A stretch of DNA of 32,000 bases. Source: Mycobacterium leprae TN. GTDB taxonomy: Bacteria > Actinomycetota > Actinomycetes > Mycobacteriales > Mycobacteriaceae. The notes below the pieces were generated by a model. It searched no databases. It was not told where the DNA came from and worked only from the letters and a program-made list of their open reading frames with translations. Below, piece by piece: positions 1 through 17,963 of the stretch. Position numbers and translations under genes: made by a program. How positions within the stretch are numbered: the stretch's first letter is position 1; each line of letters opens with the position of its first letter. The DNA lies in the NCBI RefSeq assembly GCF_000195855.1, contig NC_002677.1, positions 1,680,001-1,712,000 on the forward strand, given 5' to 3'.

Positions 1-721
1 GCCCTACCCTGGACCTGATACCACAAAGTGACCTGAAAGAGCTAGGCATTATTACTAGGCGCGTCCGAAAACCCATGTTCACCAGCAAATTCACCGGTAT
101 TCCCCCGGACATGGTGATTTATCGCATCAAGGCTCGTAGGGAGTTGACAGCTTCAGATGAAACAGCTCAAACAAATTCCCTGACATAGTGGATGTCGATG
201 ATTTATAGCATCTAGTTTCGGTGCTCTGGGTCGGTTCACCGTTGGGTACACGACAATTCTGGCCACGGTCAGCTTCGCAATCTTGACGCCGGGTCCCCAC
301 GTGCAGGAATGGATCATTGCGCGCTCCAGCACCAATCTGCACAACCGTGTCCCACGGACACCTGGGGACTTTGTTGACCAGCACGTTTGTCATCGATCCC
401 GGTTCGCCGTATTTCTAGATACCCTAATCCTGACGGTCTGCTGGCGCCCGCTGAACTGCATTTGCGCACCATCCAGCTTTATGGTGACGTTTTTGGTCAA
501 CCCTGTCTGCACGACGTTAGTGGTGGTCGCTGCTCTTGCGGCGGCGGTCAAGTTAGGTTGACTGTCAGTGTCGATCACCCAGGCCAATAACATCGGGATC
601 GAGCTATGGTGCCCTCGGTGCGCTAGCAGCAGTGATTTGGCGGTGGTGGCGGTCCGGTTCCGTCGACCGATCCGCTGAACACCTGTGCGGTGTCTTATGC
701 TGGCGACGTCCTCGAGGTTAG

Positions 722-2088
<1,367 letters not shown>

Positions 2089-2089
<1 letters not shown>

Positions 2090-4596
2090 TGCGCGTTCCG
2101 TATAGTTGGCTGTGCGAAGTGGTTACGGTTGGTGCACCGGATTGGGATGTTTCCGCGAGCGATCTCAAGCAGACGCTGGTACGCATCGGCCACGAGATCG
2201 AGGAGATGATCACGGTAGGCCCGGTCGATGGCCCGCTGACCGTGGGGCGGGTCACCGATATCGAAGAACTCACCGGATTCAAAAAGCCTATTCGAGCCTG
2301 TGTAGTCGATGTTGGCGACGGTCAGCAACACGAAATTATCTGTGGTGCAACAAATTTTGTCGTTGGCGATCTGGTCGTGGTAGCATTTCCCGGTACTACT
2401 CTGCCTGACGGGTTCGCCATCGCGGCGTGCGAGACCTACGGTCGTCATTCTGCTGGAATGATTTGCTCAGCGGCCGAACTCCGTTTGAGTACAGATCATT
2501 CGGGGATCCTAGTATTGCCACCTGGAACCGCCCTACCAGGTGCCGACGGTGCTGACGTACTTGGATTGGACGATGTGGTATTTCGTTTGGCGATCACTCC
2601 CGACCGCGGGTATTGCATGTCGGTGCGGGGCTTGGCCCGTGAGATCGCATGCGCCTACGACCTAGCCTTCGTTGACCCGGCCAGCGACCAAGCGGTGCCG
2701 CCGTTGCCAGTTGGGGGGCAGGCGTGGCCGGTGACGGTACAGCCCGAAACGGGAGTTCGTCGGTGCGCCCTGCGTCCGGTCACTGGGATCGACTTTGCCG
2801 CCGTGTCGCCGTGGTGGTTACAGCGCCGGCTGTTGTTATCCGGAATTCGTGCGATCTCACCGGCAGTGGATGTCACCAACTACGTGATGCTAGAACTCGG
2901 CCACCCGCTGCACGCCCACGACCGCAATCGCATTACCGGAGGCTTCACCGTACGATTCGCCCGGCCCGGCGAGACCATCGTTACTATCGACGGGATCGAG
3001 CGTCAGCTCGATCCCGTCGATGTCCTCATCGTCGATAACGTCACTACTGCGGCGATCGGCGGCGTGATGGGTGCCGCAAGCACCGAAGTGCGCTCCGATT
3101 CCACCGACGTGCTACTCGAGGCTGCGGTATGGGACCCCGCCAGGGTATCACACACCCAGCGGCGGCTGCACCTGCCTAGCGAAGCCGCCCGCCGTTATGA
3201 ACGGGCAGTGGATCCTGCTATCTCGGTAGCTGCTTTAGATCGGTGTGCGATGCTGCTTGCCGATATCGCCGGGGGAACGGTTTCGGAGACCCTGACCGAT
3301 TGGCGGGGCAGCCCGCCGCGAGCTGACTGGTCATTGCCGCCGATCCGGATCGCCGTCGACCTGCCAGACCGGATCGCTGGGGTGGTCTATAACCAAGGCG
3401 CAACCACCAAACGGCTGACTCAAATCGGTGCTGTGGTGGTCGACACGGTGTCCTCAGAAGGTCACACGCTCACCGTCACGCCGCCGAGTTGGCGCCCCGA
3501 TCTACTGCAGCCCTCCGATCTTGTCGAGGAGGTGCTGCGCCTCGAAGGGCTAGAGGTCATCAGATCGGTCCGGCCGCTCGCACCCGCGGGCCGGGGACTC
3601 ACCGCAGTGCAGAAACGCTACCGTGCAATTGGTAAGGTGCTTGCACAGTCCGGCTATGTCGAGATCTTACCGACACCGTTTTTGCCGGCTGATGTGTTCG
3701 ACCTTTGGGGATTGCCGGCCGATGACCCGCGACGGACGACGACGCGAGTGCTCAACCCGCTGGAGTCCAACCGTCCCCAACTCGCCACCACACTGCTGCC
3801 GGCGCTACTGGAAGCGTTGGTAAGCAACGTATCTCGAGGCATCATCGATGTCGCTTTGTTTGCCATCGCGCAGGTGGTCGAGCCGACCGAGTGGACTGGC
3901 GGCATAGGGTCCATCCCCGTCGACCGTCGACTGACCGATGCTGAAATAGCTCTGCTGGACGCCTCCTTGCCCCGGCAGCCACAACACGTCGCCGCGGTGT
4001 TGGCTGGGTTGCGGGAACCGCGGGGTCCGTGGGGTCCTGGCCGTCTAGCCGAGGCATCCGACGCTTTTGAAGCAGTGCGTATCATCGCGCGGGTCAGTGG
4101 AGTCGACGTGTTTTTCCGGGCTGTCCAATATTTGCCGTGGCATCCGGGTCGGTGCGCTGAAGTGTTTGTTGGTGAAACGCCTATCGGCCATGCAGGGCAG
4201 CTGCATCCGGCCGTGATTGAACGCGCCGGTCTGCCGAAGGGCATCTGCGCGATCGAGCTGGACCTCGCTGCCATGCCTATCGTCGAGGGGTTGCCCGCAC
4301 CTCAGGTGTCGCCGTTTCCGGCTGTGTTGCAGGACGTCAGCCTGGTGGTGTCCACGCAGGTTCCTGCTCAAGAAGTGCAGGACGCCATTCGCGATGGGGC
4401 CGGTGAATTGCTCGAAGACATTCAATTGTTCGACGTCTTCACCGGTTCGCAGATTGGCGAGGACTGCAAGTCGTTGACATTTGCACTGCGGTTTCGCGCA
4501 CCTGATCGTACGCTGACCGAAGACGACGCCAGCGCGGCTCGCGATGCCGCGGTACGACACGCCGCCGAGCGTGTCGGTGCAACATTGCGCACCTAA
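2089..4596 (+). CDS. pheT: Phenylalanine--tRNA ligase beta subunit
   Basis: 835 aa ORF starting [12 protein letters not shown] with ATG overlapping the pheS stop (TGATG). It has an EMAP/tRNA-binding-like N-terminus, B3/B4 and B5 regions and a C-terminal ferredoxin-fold anticodon-binding region ([12 protein letters not shown]...[19 protein letters not shown]). Confidence 0.97.
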
Positions 4597-4761
4597 ATCG
4601 CCCTAATTGCAGGTTCGCGTCGCCCGTAAATCGGCATGATGTGCTCGGGCTAAATCCCAGCCTAAATCCGGATTTTCCTGCGCGAAGTGAGACATTTCAT
4701 TATTGTCGGTCTGCCTTGATTGCCGTCGGATGATAGCCGTAGTAAGTCGAGGGGACTGGAT

Positions 4762-5160
4762 ATGCCGTTCCTGAGTGTGATGCCGAAGCAGACTGAGTCT
4801 GCGGTTCAGGGGTTGGCGGATATTTACTCAATGCTGTTCGGTGACTTCGGCCGGAGTTTTCAAGTTCTCAACACCCAAGTGACTGCGTTTCATGACGAGT
4901 TCGTAACCTTGTTGCAGCCTGGTGTGGACAGCGTATCTCAGCTCCGAAGCAGCCAATGCTGCAGCTGGGATAGCTGTGCAGGAGAGCGCCGCTGTTCACC
5001 TCGTTCAAGATACTGGATTCATTGTACTGACTGGGGAGTGGCATCGTCTGGACTCGGTCTGCTGGACAGTGCGGTTGTACAGCTCTTTTCGTCTGTCGTT
5101 GCGCTGGCTATACAGAATGCCTTAGGAGAACCTGGCCTGCTTGGGACCACCGGGTGTTGA
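4762..5160 (+). pseudogene. Degraded PE-family protein relic
   Basis: The reading MPFLSVMPKQTESAVQGLADI...YSMLFGDFGRSFQVLNTQVTAFHDEFVTLLQPG resembles the PE N-terminal domain but lacks about 25-30 central residues. The PE-like continuation (YLSSEAANAAAGIAVQESAAVHLVQDTG) sits in another frame (ORF 4922..5125). Confidence 0.6.
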
Positions 5161-5795
5161 GCTCATGCCTGATGTTAACCATCTGATGTTGGTTACGCCG
5201 GCTGTTACTATGGGATTCGCTGCGGTGCAGTGCAGTCTATGCCAGCTTGTCCAGGATGTTAGTTTCCTGATGATGGATGGGCAGGATACTGCTCCCGGCT
5301 TAGCTACAGTGCAAATCGTCGGTGCTCATTTTGTTCCGGAGGTCAGCGACGTCAAGACCGTCGCAGATGATGCTGTCGTAGTAATTAGGGTTATAGGCCG
5401 GCAGTTGTCCGCGTGCGGCACGCGTACCGGATTGTGCCTGGCAGCTCGAACGGCGAAACGACACATACCGCGCCTCCGGCAGACCATCCGACACGATGGG
5501 AATTGTCAAATCCTGTGGGTTGGGTGTTAATGTTTATGTGCAGCCAACTGATATTGATGACTCATTGAGCGAAGTGAGAAGTTCTGGCGGATGACCGTCA
5601 GCACGGAGTGGGATTGGGCCACAAATTAGCTTATCAAGGCACCAGGCGTGGTTGAGATTATGCAGGAGTGAGATTGCCCACTGGTTTTAATCGCACGCTT
5701 TTTGCACTGAGTACCAGACCAACTGGGTTGGGTCATTAACCGTGTTGTCAAATGTGGTGAAGCCACCCGATTGCTTGAATTGTGAGGGACACTAC

Positions 5796-5815
5796 TATAT
5801 CATATATATGATATA
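5796..5815. repeat. AT-rich perfect palindrome (~20 bp) in an intergenic/relic region
   Basis: TATATCATATATATGATATA reads the same on both strands. Confidence 0.7.
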
Positions 5816-6295
5816 TGACCAATCCTGCGATAGCAGCGATATGAAATTCACTGTGTAAGTCAAGTCGGCCCAATTCCCCTGCATCACATACGTCCCTTAG
5901 TGGTTTTCACTTTCGAACAAGATGGTATAAATTCTGTTGTCATAATACAGCAACCCCGCGTTGAAGAATAGTTTCTTCCCGTATAACGGTGTGTACTCGA
6001 ATCGTTGTAATTTGGTGAGCTTCCCGAACCGGACTGTCACAGCACCCACGGTCTTGGTTTTCTATGACTTGGACCGGGTAGCAGTAATCACGGTGATGCC
6101 GGCAGCGTACAGAACGAGAACGCAAATCCGAGCAAGCCATGTCATCTTAACCCGGCTAGGCGTGGCAACAGCACGGACAGGAACCACCCCATTCTGGGGG
6201 TATCGCACACCGTTGGTTTTCAGTCAAAAGACTGTCAATCGAGTGGACTGGCTATTAGTTAGGAAACTTCAATCCGGTGTTGATGGTCTTGGCGA

Positions 6296-7459
6296 TCAGT
6301 GTGATGTGGTGGGGCCGTTCGAGCAGCTTTGCTCCGCGGAAGGACAGCGCTGGTAAGGATCAGGGCGGCTGAGTACGGAGACATTGACGGCGTGCCAGTA
6401 GACCTGAGCTGCCTCGATGAGCTTGTAGGTCATGACGATTCCCGCGGCGCGAGAACCAAACCCTTTGGGGACCTTGGTCCATAAAAGCACAGTGGCGAAG
6501 GTGCTTTCAATGGGATTGGTGGTCCGTAGATGGATCCAGTGCTCGGCAGGGTATCTGTAAAATTCCAAGAACACGTCGACGTCTTCGGCGTTGTAAATAT
6601 TACTTGAGCGCCACCGACGTTGCTGTATGCGCTGATTTGGACAGGGAAGCAAGGACGTTGGCCTGTTTGTGAAACCAGGACCGCTGCTCACGGGTGGCTG
6701 GAAGAACTTCGCGCATCGCATTCCAGAACCCCAACGGCCCGTCTCTGACCGTCAGTACCGGTGCGGTCATCTCAAGGCTGCGGCGATCGCGCAACAGATC
6801 AGCCCACGATTCGACCGATTTTCGAAAAACATCGGCCACAGCAACAGGTTTCTTGCGGCCACCAGTACACACTCCGAGCATCACCAACAGACAAAGGTCT
6901 CCTGTTCCAAGCGGACTTTGAGTTGGATTCCGTCGACCCAGAGACTGGGTATAGTCAGCCCTTGGAGAGATCGCTGTCGACGAATGCCTGGGCTTAGGCT
7001 TGCCATTGGTTGGTGAGGTGAATGATCGGGGCCGCCCACAACCCCGCTCCCGTACCCACGAACTGCTTCAGCTCTGGGGCGAAATCTCCCGTGGACAACC
7101 CATGCAAGATCACAGTGGCAGCACTTCCCTGATCTGCAGTGACTTACGGCACCAGACCGGCAGGATCGCCTAGGAAAACCGCTAAGATCAACGATTTCGG
7201 GGTCAACATGTTTGTCGTCGACCCACGGGCGCGGTCATGATCACCGCACCGGCAACAGTCAATATGGTATGTTCGTTCCAGTAGCCGTTGCGCACCACCA
7301 AACCTATGTCCGTCCTCGGCGTAGGCATCGATATAAGCCTCAGGCTACTGCTGTCAACGCCGCCGCCAGCATTTGGCGCACCAGTTCATCCAACAGCGAC
7401 CTAGCCACACACGCACAGCCCGTATTAGATTCGGCAACTTCCTGAGCTACCGTGAGCAT
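6296..7459 (-). mobile_element. Decayed IS256-family (Mutator-type) transposase relic
   Basis: Minus-strand fragments in several frames line up in order with IS256-family transposases: MLTVAQEV...LLDELVRQMLAAAL; RLVVRNGYWNEHTILTVAGAV; RKPVAVAD...SWADLLRDRRSLEMTAPVLTVRDGPLGFWNAMREVLPATREQRSWFHKQANVLASLPKS-like; and YPAEHWIHLRTTNPIESTFATVLLWTKVPKGFGSRAAGIVMTYKLIEAAQVYW. Confidence 0.85.
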
Positions 7460-7646
7460 GGGAGTGCCTTACCGCCAGCGTTAGCCCGACTGGACTTGGT
7501 CAAAGCCTGCTTACGGATCACCCGGGAAGGTATTCTACTCTAACTTCCGACCATCCACAGTTTTCGATCATTGTGATCCGATATCACGCCGAGTCACCAG
7601 TAAGTCAGAGCTATTTTCACTGAAGAAGAATGGATTTGCGAAATAA

Positions 7647-9931
<2,285 letters not shown>

Positions 9932-9935
<4 letters not shown>

Positions 9936-10837
9936 CTGTGCTGATGAACCGCACCGGCGACGACGAAACATTGTCGACTCAAGTCAAGGCGGAGGTCTTG
10001 GCTGAAGCCCTGCCCTGGCTGAAGCAGTTGCACGGCAAGGTTGTTGTGGTTAAATACAGCGGCAATGCCATGACCGACGATATGCTGCGGCGCGCGTTCG
10101 CTGCTGACATGGCGTTTCTGCGCAATTGCGGTATTCATCCGGTCGTTGTGCACGGCGGCGGACCACAGATCACCGCCATGCTGCGCCGGCTTGGCATTGC
10201 AGATGACTTCAAGGGCGGCTTTCGGGTCACCACACCGGAAGTGCTCGATGTCGCGCGAATGGTGTTGTTCGGGCAGGTGGGCCGTGAACTAGTCAACCTG
10301 ATCAATGCACACGGGCCCTACGCGGTCGGCATTACTGGCGAGGATGCACAACTTTTCACCGCCGGTCGGCGCAGCGCCACTGTCGACGGCATGGCGACCG
10401 ACATCGGCCTGGTTGGAGATGTCGATCAGGTCAACATTGCCGCGGTGCTCGACCTGATTTCTGCCCACCGTATCCCAGTGGTGTCGACGCTTGCGCCGGA
10501 TCGCGACGGCGTGGTGCACAACATCAACGCCGACACCGCTGCAGCTGCGCTGGCCGAAACCTTGGGAGCCGAAAAATTGTTGATGCTCACCAATGTCGAG
10601 GGTTTGTACACCCGCTGGCCAGAACGGGATTCCCTGGTAAACGAAATCGATTCTGCTGCACTGGCGCAATTGCTACCTACGTTGGAAGCGGGCATGATTC
10701 CCAAGGTTGAAGCGTGTCTGCGAGCCGTCACTGGCGGCGTGCCCAGCGCACACGTCATCGACGGGCGAGTCAAACACTGTGTGTTGGTGGAGTTGTTAAC
10801 CAACGAGGGCACCGGCACCAAGGTGGTGAGCGCATGA
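9932..10837 (+). CDS. argB: Acetylglutamate kinase
   Basis: 301 aa from GTG 9932, overlapping the argJ stop by 4 nt. AAK-family motifs are present ([61 protein letters not shown]). Confidence 0.97.
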
Positions 10838-10888
10838 CGCGCGCCGGTGATGATGCAGTAGAGAAGCGATAGGGATAAGCGGGCACCC

Positions 10889-13097
<2,209 letters not shown>

Positions 13098-13099
13098 CG

Positions 13100-13603
13100 A
13101 TGACCCACGGCGCTTCGAAGACCACACCCGAGACCACTCGGGCGGGTCGACAGGCCCGTATCGTGGCGATCCTGTCATCGACGTCGGTGCGCAGTCAAAG
13201 CGAATTGGCGACGCTGCTCGCCGATGACGGTATCGATGTCACCCAGGCCACGCTCTCACGAGACCTCGAAGAGCTCGGAGCGGTGAAACTGCGCGGTGCA
13301 GATGGTGGCGTTGGGGTCTACGTTGTTCCCGAGGATGGCAGCCCGGTGCGCGGCGTATCTGGCGGTACCGCGCGACTGTCCCGGCTGCTAAGCGAGCTGC
13401 TGGTATCCGCCGACTCCAGTGCGAACCTCGCTGTGCTACGCACTCCACCTGGCGCCGCTGACTACTTAGCCAGCGCGATCGACCGTGCAGCGCTACCGTA
13501 CGTGGTCGGCACCATCGCTGGTGACGACACCGTCTTCGTGGCCGCCCGCGAGCCGATGACTGGCTCCGAGTTGGCCACTGTTCTCGAAAGCCTGAATAGA
13601 TAA
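13100..13603 (+). CDS. argR: Arginine repressor
   Basis: 167 aa from ATG 13100 ([27 protein letters not shown]). It has an ArgR winged-HTH ([17 protein letters not shown]) and C-terminal [14 protein letters not shown]. Confidence 0.95.
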   Translation: MTHGASKTTPETTRAGRQARIVAILSSTSVRSQSELATLLADDGIDVTQATLSRDLEELGAVKLRGADGGVGVYVVPEDGSPVRGVSGGTARLSRLLSELLVSADSSANLAVLRTPPGAADYLASAIDRAALPYVVGTIAGDDTVFVAAREPMTGSELATVLESLNR

Positions 13604-13615
13604 GGAGATTGGTTG

Positions 13616-14812
13616 ATGCCGGAACGTATTATCCTGGCGTATTCGGGGGGGCTGGATACCTCGGTGGCGATCAACTGGATCGGCAAGGAAACTAGCCATG
13701 AGGTCGTGGCAGTGGTGATTGATCTCGGCCAGGGCGGCGAGGACATGGAGGTCGTACGTCAACGGGCGTTGGACTGCGGAGCTGTTGAGGCTATCGTTGT
13801 CGATGCCCGTGACGAGTTCGCTGAAGGCTATTGCTTGCCCACCGTTTTGAACAACGCGCTGTATATGGATCGGTACCCGTTGGTGTCCGCGATCAGCAGG
13901 CCGCTGATCGTCAAGCACCTGGTCGCGGCCGCACGTGCGCACGGCGGCAGCATCGTCGCGCACGGTTGTACCGGCAAGGGTAACGACCAGGTCCGATTCG
14001 AAGTCGGATTCGCTTCGCTGGCACCGGATCTCGAAATATTGGCGCCGGTGCGCGACTACGCATGGACACGAGAGAAGGCGATCGCTTTCGCCGAAGAGAA
14101 CGCCATCCCCATCAATGTCACCAAACGTTCGCCGTTCTCGATTGACCAGAATGTTTGGGGCCGCGCAGTGGAAACCGGTTTCCTGGAACACTTGTGGCAC
14201 GCACCTACTAAAGAGGTTTATTCCTACACTGACGACCCCACCATCAATTGGAACACGCCCGATGAGGTGATCGTCGGTTTTGAGCACGGAGTTCCGGTGT
14301 CGATTGACGGTAGTCCGGTGTCCATGCTGGGCGCCATCGAGGCACTCAACCGACGCGCTGGCGCGCAAGGCGTCGGGCGTCTCGACGTTGTCGAAGACCG
14401 GCTGGTAGGCATCAAGAGCCGCGAGATTTACGAGGCACCCGGAGCAATGGTGCTCATCACCGCGCACGCCGAACTCGAGCACGTCACGCTGGAGCGTGAG
14501 TTGGGACGCTTCAAGCGTCAGACCGATCGACGCTGGGCCGAATTGGTGTATGACGGATTGTGGTATTCGCCGCTGAAGACCGCACTGGAGAGTTTTGTCG
14601 CCGCTACGCAACAACACGTTACCGGTGAAGTTCGAATGGTGTTACATGGAGGCCATATTGCGGTGAATGGGCGGCGCAGCGCCGAATCCCTATACGATTT
14701 CAATTTGGCCACCTACGACGAAGGGGATACCTTCGATCAATCCGCTGCTCGCGGCTTCGTCTACGTGTACGGGTTACCGTCGAAGCTCGCGGCACGTAGG
14801 GACTTACGGTGA
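13616..14812 (+). CDS. argG: Argininosuccinate synthase
   Basis: [19 protein letters not shown] (PP-loop), [28 protein letters not shown] motifs. Confidence 0.97.
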   Translation: MPERIILAYSGGLDTSVAINWIGKETSHEVVAVVIDLGQGGEDMEVVRQRALDCGAVEAIVVDARDEFAEGYCLPTVLNNALYMDRYPLVSAISRPLIVKHLVAAARAHGGSIVAHGCTGKGNDQVRFEVGFASLAPDLEILAPVRDYAWTREKAIAFAEENAIPINVTKRSPFSIDQNVWGRAVETGFLEHLWHAPTKEVYSYTDDPTINWNTPDEVIVGFEHGVPVSIDGSPVSMLGAIEALNRRAGAQGVGRLDVVEDRLVGIKSREIYEAPGAMVLITAHAELEHVTLERELGRFKRQTDRRWAELVYDGLWYSPLKTALESFVAATQQHVTGEVRMVLHGGHIAVNGRRSAESLYDFNLATYDEGDTFDQSAARGFVYVYGLPSKLAARRDLR

Positions 14813-14871
14813 GGTAAGAGTGTGATATTGAGCGCCCCGACAAGGCGTCGTCAGATCCACACTTGGGGTGA

Positions 14872-16296
<1,425 letters not shown>

Positions 16297-16443
16297 AGCT
16301 GCACCCTCGTGCCAGTACAATATTGACCAGCGCATGTTAAAATAAACCGGCAGACGTGCTACTGCGATCGCAAATATAATCCGGCTCATTGGAGTGGTTA
16401 GACAGTGATGATCGGCAAAATTTTCTTGTGAGTTGTCGGGAGG

Positions 16444-16782
16444 ATGGCGACGTCGCTTGTGATCGTGGCACCGTACATGCTGGCAGTGGCAACTGAAGAT
16501 TTGGCGAGTATCGAATCGGTGATCAACGCCGCGAACACGGCAACGGTTACTGCCACAACGGGGATGTTGGCGCCTGCCACTGACGAGGTGTCGGCGATAA
16601 CGGCGTCGCTGTTTGCCGAGTACACGTTGATGCATCAAGCTGTGAGTGTGCAGGCAGCGACGTGCCGTGATCAGTTCGTGCGCGCATTGGCCACTAGTGG
16701 AGGGGCGCGGTATGCGGCCGCAAAAGCCGCCAATGCCTTGCCGTTCCAGGAAGTGCTCAATTTAGTTAACGTGCCAACCTAG
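16444..16782 (+). CDS. PE-domain protein, probably the truncated PE part of a former PE_PGRS-like gene
   Basis: 112 aa MATSLVIVAPYMLAVATEDLASIESVINAANTATVTATTGMLAPATDEVSAITASLFAEYTLMHQAVSVQAATCRDQFVRALATSGGARYAAAKAANALPFQEVLNLVNVPT matches the PE domain along its whole length. AGGATG-like RBS context precedes the start. It may be non-functional. Confidence 0.7.
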   Translation: MATSLVIVAPYMLAVATEDLASIESVINAANTATVTATTGMLAPATDEVSAITASLFAEYTLMHQAVSVQAATCRDQFVRALATSGGARYAAAKAANALPFQEVLNLVNVPT

Positions 16783-16959
16783 CAAGTTGTTAAGATTCAC
16801 ACTCATCGGTCGATGACGGGAAACGACGGTACGGGTGGCTTCGGCGGCGTTTCCGGGCAGGTATTTGGAAAACCCAGCGCGCAGGGGGGCGTCCAGCCAG
16901 GGTTGAGTGACACCCAGGCCGATTTTCGCCGGTTGAAAGTGTGTGTTTTGGCGTCGTGA
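16783..16959 (+). pseudogene. In-frame post-stop continuation of the PE gene with a short Gly-rich (PGRS-like) tail
   Basis: Directly after TAG 16780-16782 the same frame stays open for 58 codons: QVVKIHTHRSMTGNDGTGGFGGVSGQVFGKPSAQGGVQPGLSDTQADF... then TGA. Confidence 0.45.
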
Positions 16960-17089
16960 GATTACTATTGCGCGTGAGCAGCTGATCTGCCACTTGTTGC
17001 CGGGGAGTTCTAGGCGGATTGAGCCTTTCAGCTCTAAGCGATTGGGCTAAACCGTCTTTCTGGGTTTTTGTGATCGAAGAGGTGGGACC

Positions 17090-17800
17090 ATGAGCGTCAT
17101 CTCAGGTTTCTTCGGTGCGTTGTCCCATACCGCTATTCGCAGCGAGAGCCCACACACTTCTTTCTCAGAAGACTGGATTTCGTGGGTTACGAGGATCGAG
17201 GATATAGTTCGGCAGCGACACGCCAGCACGAAGGTGAATAGTCGTCACCTGCCCGTGCCGCTAAAGAGATATCCGAAGTTGACCGATTTCGCCGATTTCG
17301 GCGCGGCAAACCGGATTGTCATCGAGCATGCGATGGATCTTGCTTGACAAACGCTACTTGTTGGCGCGCTTGATTAGGTGGGCCTGCAACCACAGAACAC
17401 CGACGTGATCGTGACGGCAACGGTTACCGATCTCACACTCCCGTTTTTGGATGCACGGGGCGCTGGATGCCTTCACGGTCCTAATCGCGGTCGAGCTGTG
17501 TTCATTCACCTACCCGGGATACAAGTCATCTCTGGCAGGTGTAGTCGGCAGTGTGTTCTTTGTTAACGGAGGTAGTCGCAGTCGGAGAGCGTCGCGCCGA
17601 ACAGATTCGGCGCGGCGGGTCGGGCATGGAACGAACCTGGTGTTCGTTTTGTGAGGGGTCGGTACCCTACTCATCGGTGTCGGTCCTGCATGTACTGCGG
17701 GACACCATCGCAAACCACCGCCCAGCGATAGCCCGGAGTTAATTATGGCTGACGGACCCCGGATTTCTGTTACGAATTCGTGTTTCTGCGCTGGCACTGA
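17090..17800 (+). pseudogene. pks10: Type III PKS (chalcone synthase-like, pks10-like) pseudogene
   Basis: Segments in order and in different frames: MSVISGFFGALSHTAIRSE...RQRHASTKVNSRHLPVPLKRYPKLTDF; DVIVTATVTDLTLPFLDARGAG; VELCSFTYPGYKSSLAGVVGS; VVAVGERRAEQIRRGG; SVLHVLRDTIANHRP; GPGFCYEFVFLRWH. Located directly downstream of argH, as is pks10 (Rv1660) in M. tuberculosis. Confidence 0.85.
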
Positions 17801-17963
17801 TGCGGCTGTGGATTCTGTTTCATTCCGTAGCGCATTGGCTAAGGAAGTTACGGTCATGATACGACCAAAGTTTGGTGGCGAGTGGCGGAACTGGGGTATT
17901 CAACCTCCGTCTTGAGTTCAATTAGCTCAGCCGTTCGTTTGAGCGGTACGAAAGGCCAGTTCC

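Noticed and set aside
1-700. Short overlapping ORFs on both strands upstream of pheS
   Set aside because: Probably relics of genes between rplT/tsnR and pheS, but I could not assign any family, so I list no feature.
3654-4274. 206-aa minus-strand ORF inside pheT
   Set aside because: Antisense to a clear PheT coding sequence, low-complexity Ser/Arg-rich translation and no family signature.
13493-14617. 374-aa minus-strand ORF antisense to argR/argG
   Set aside because: It is a long antisense open frame produced by the codon bias of argG. Its translation shows no recognisable family, while the + strand is a clear ArgG.
17510-17857. Minus-strand 115-aa ORF
   Set aside because: Lies antisense to the pks10-like relic, whose + strand fragments have clear homology.
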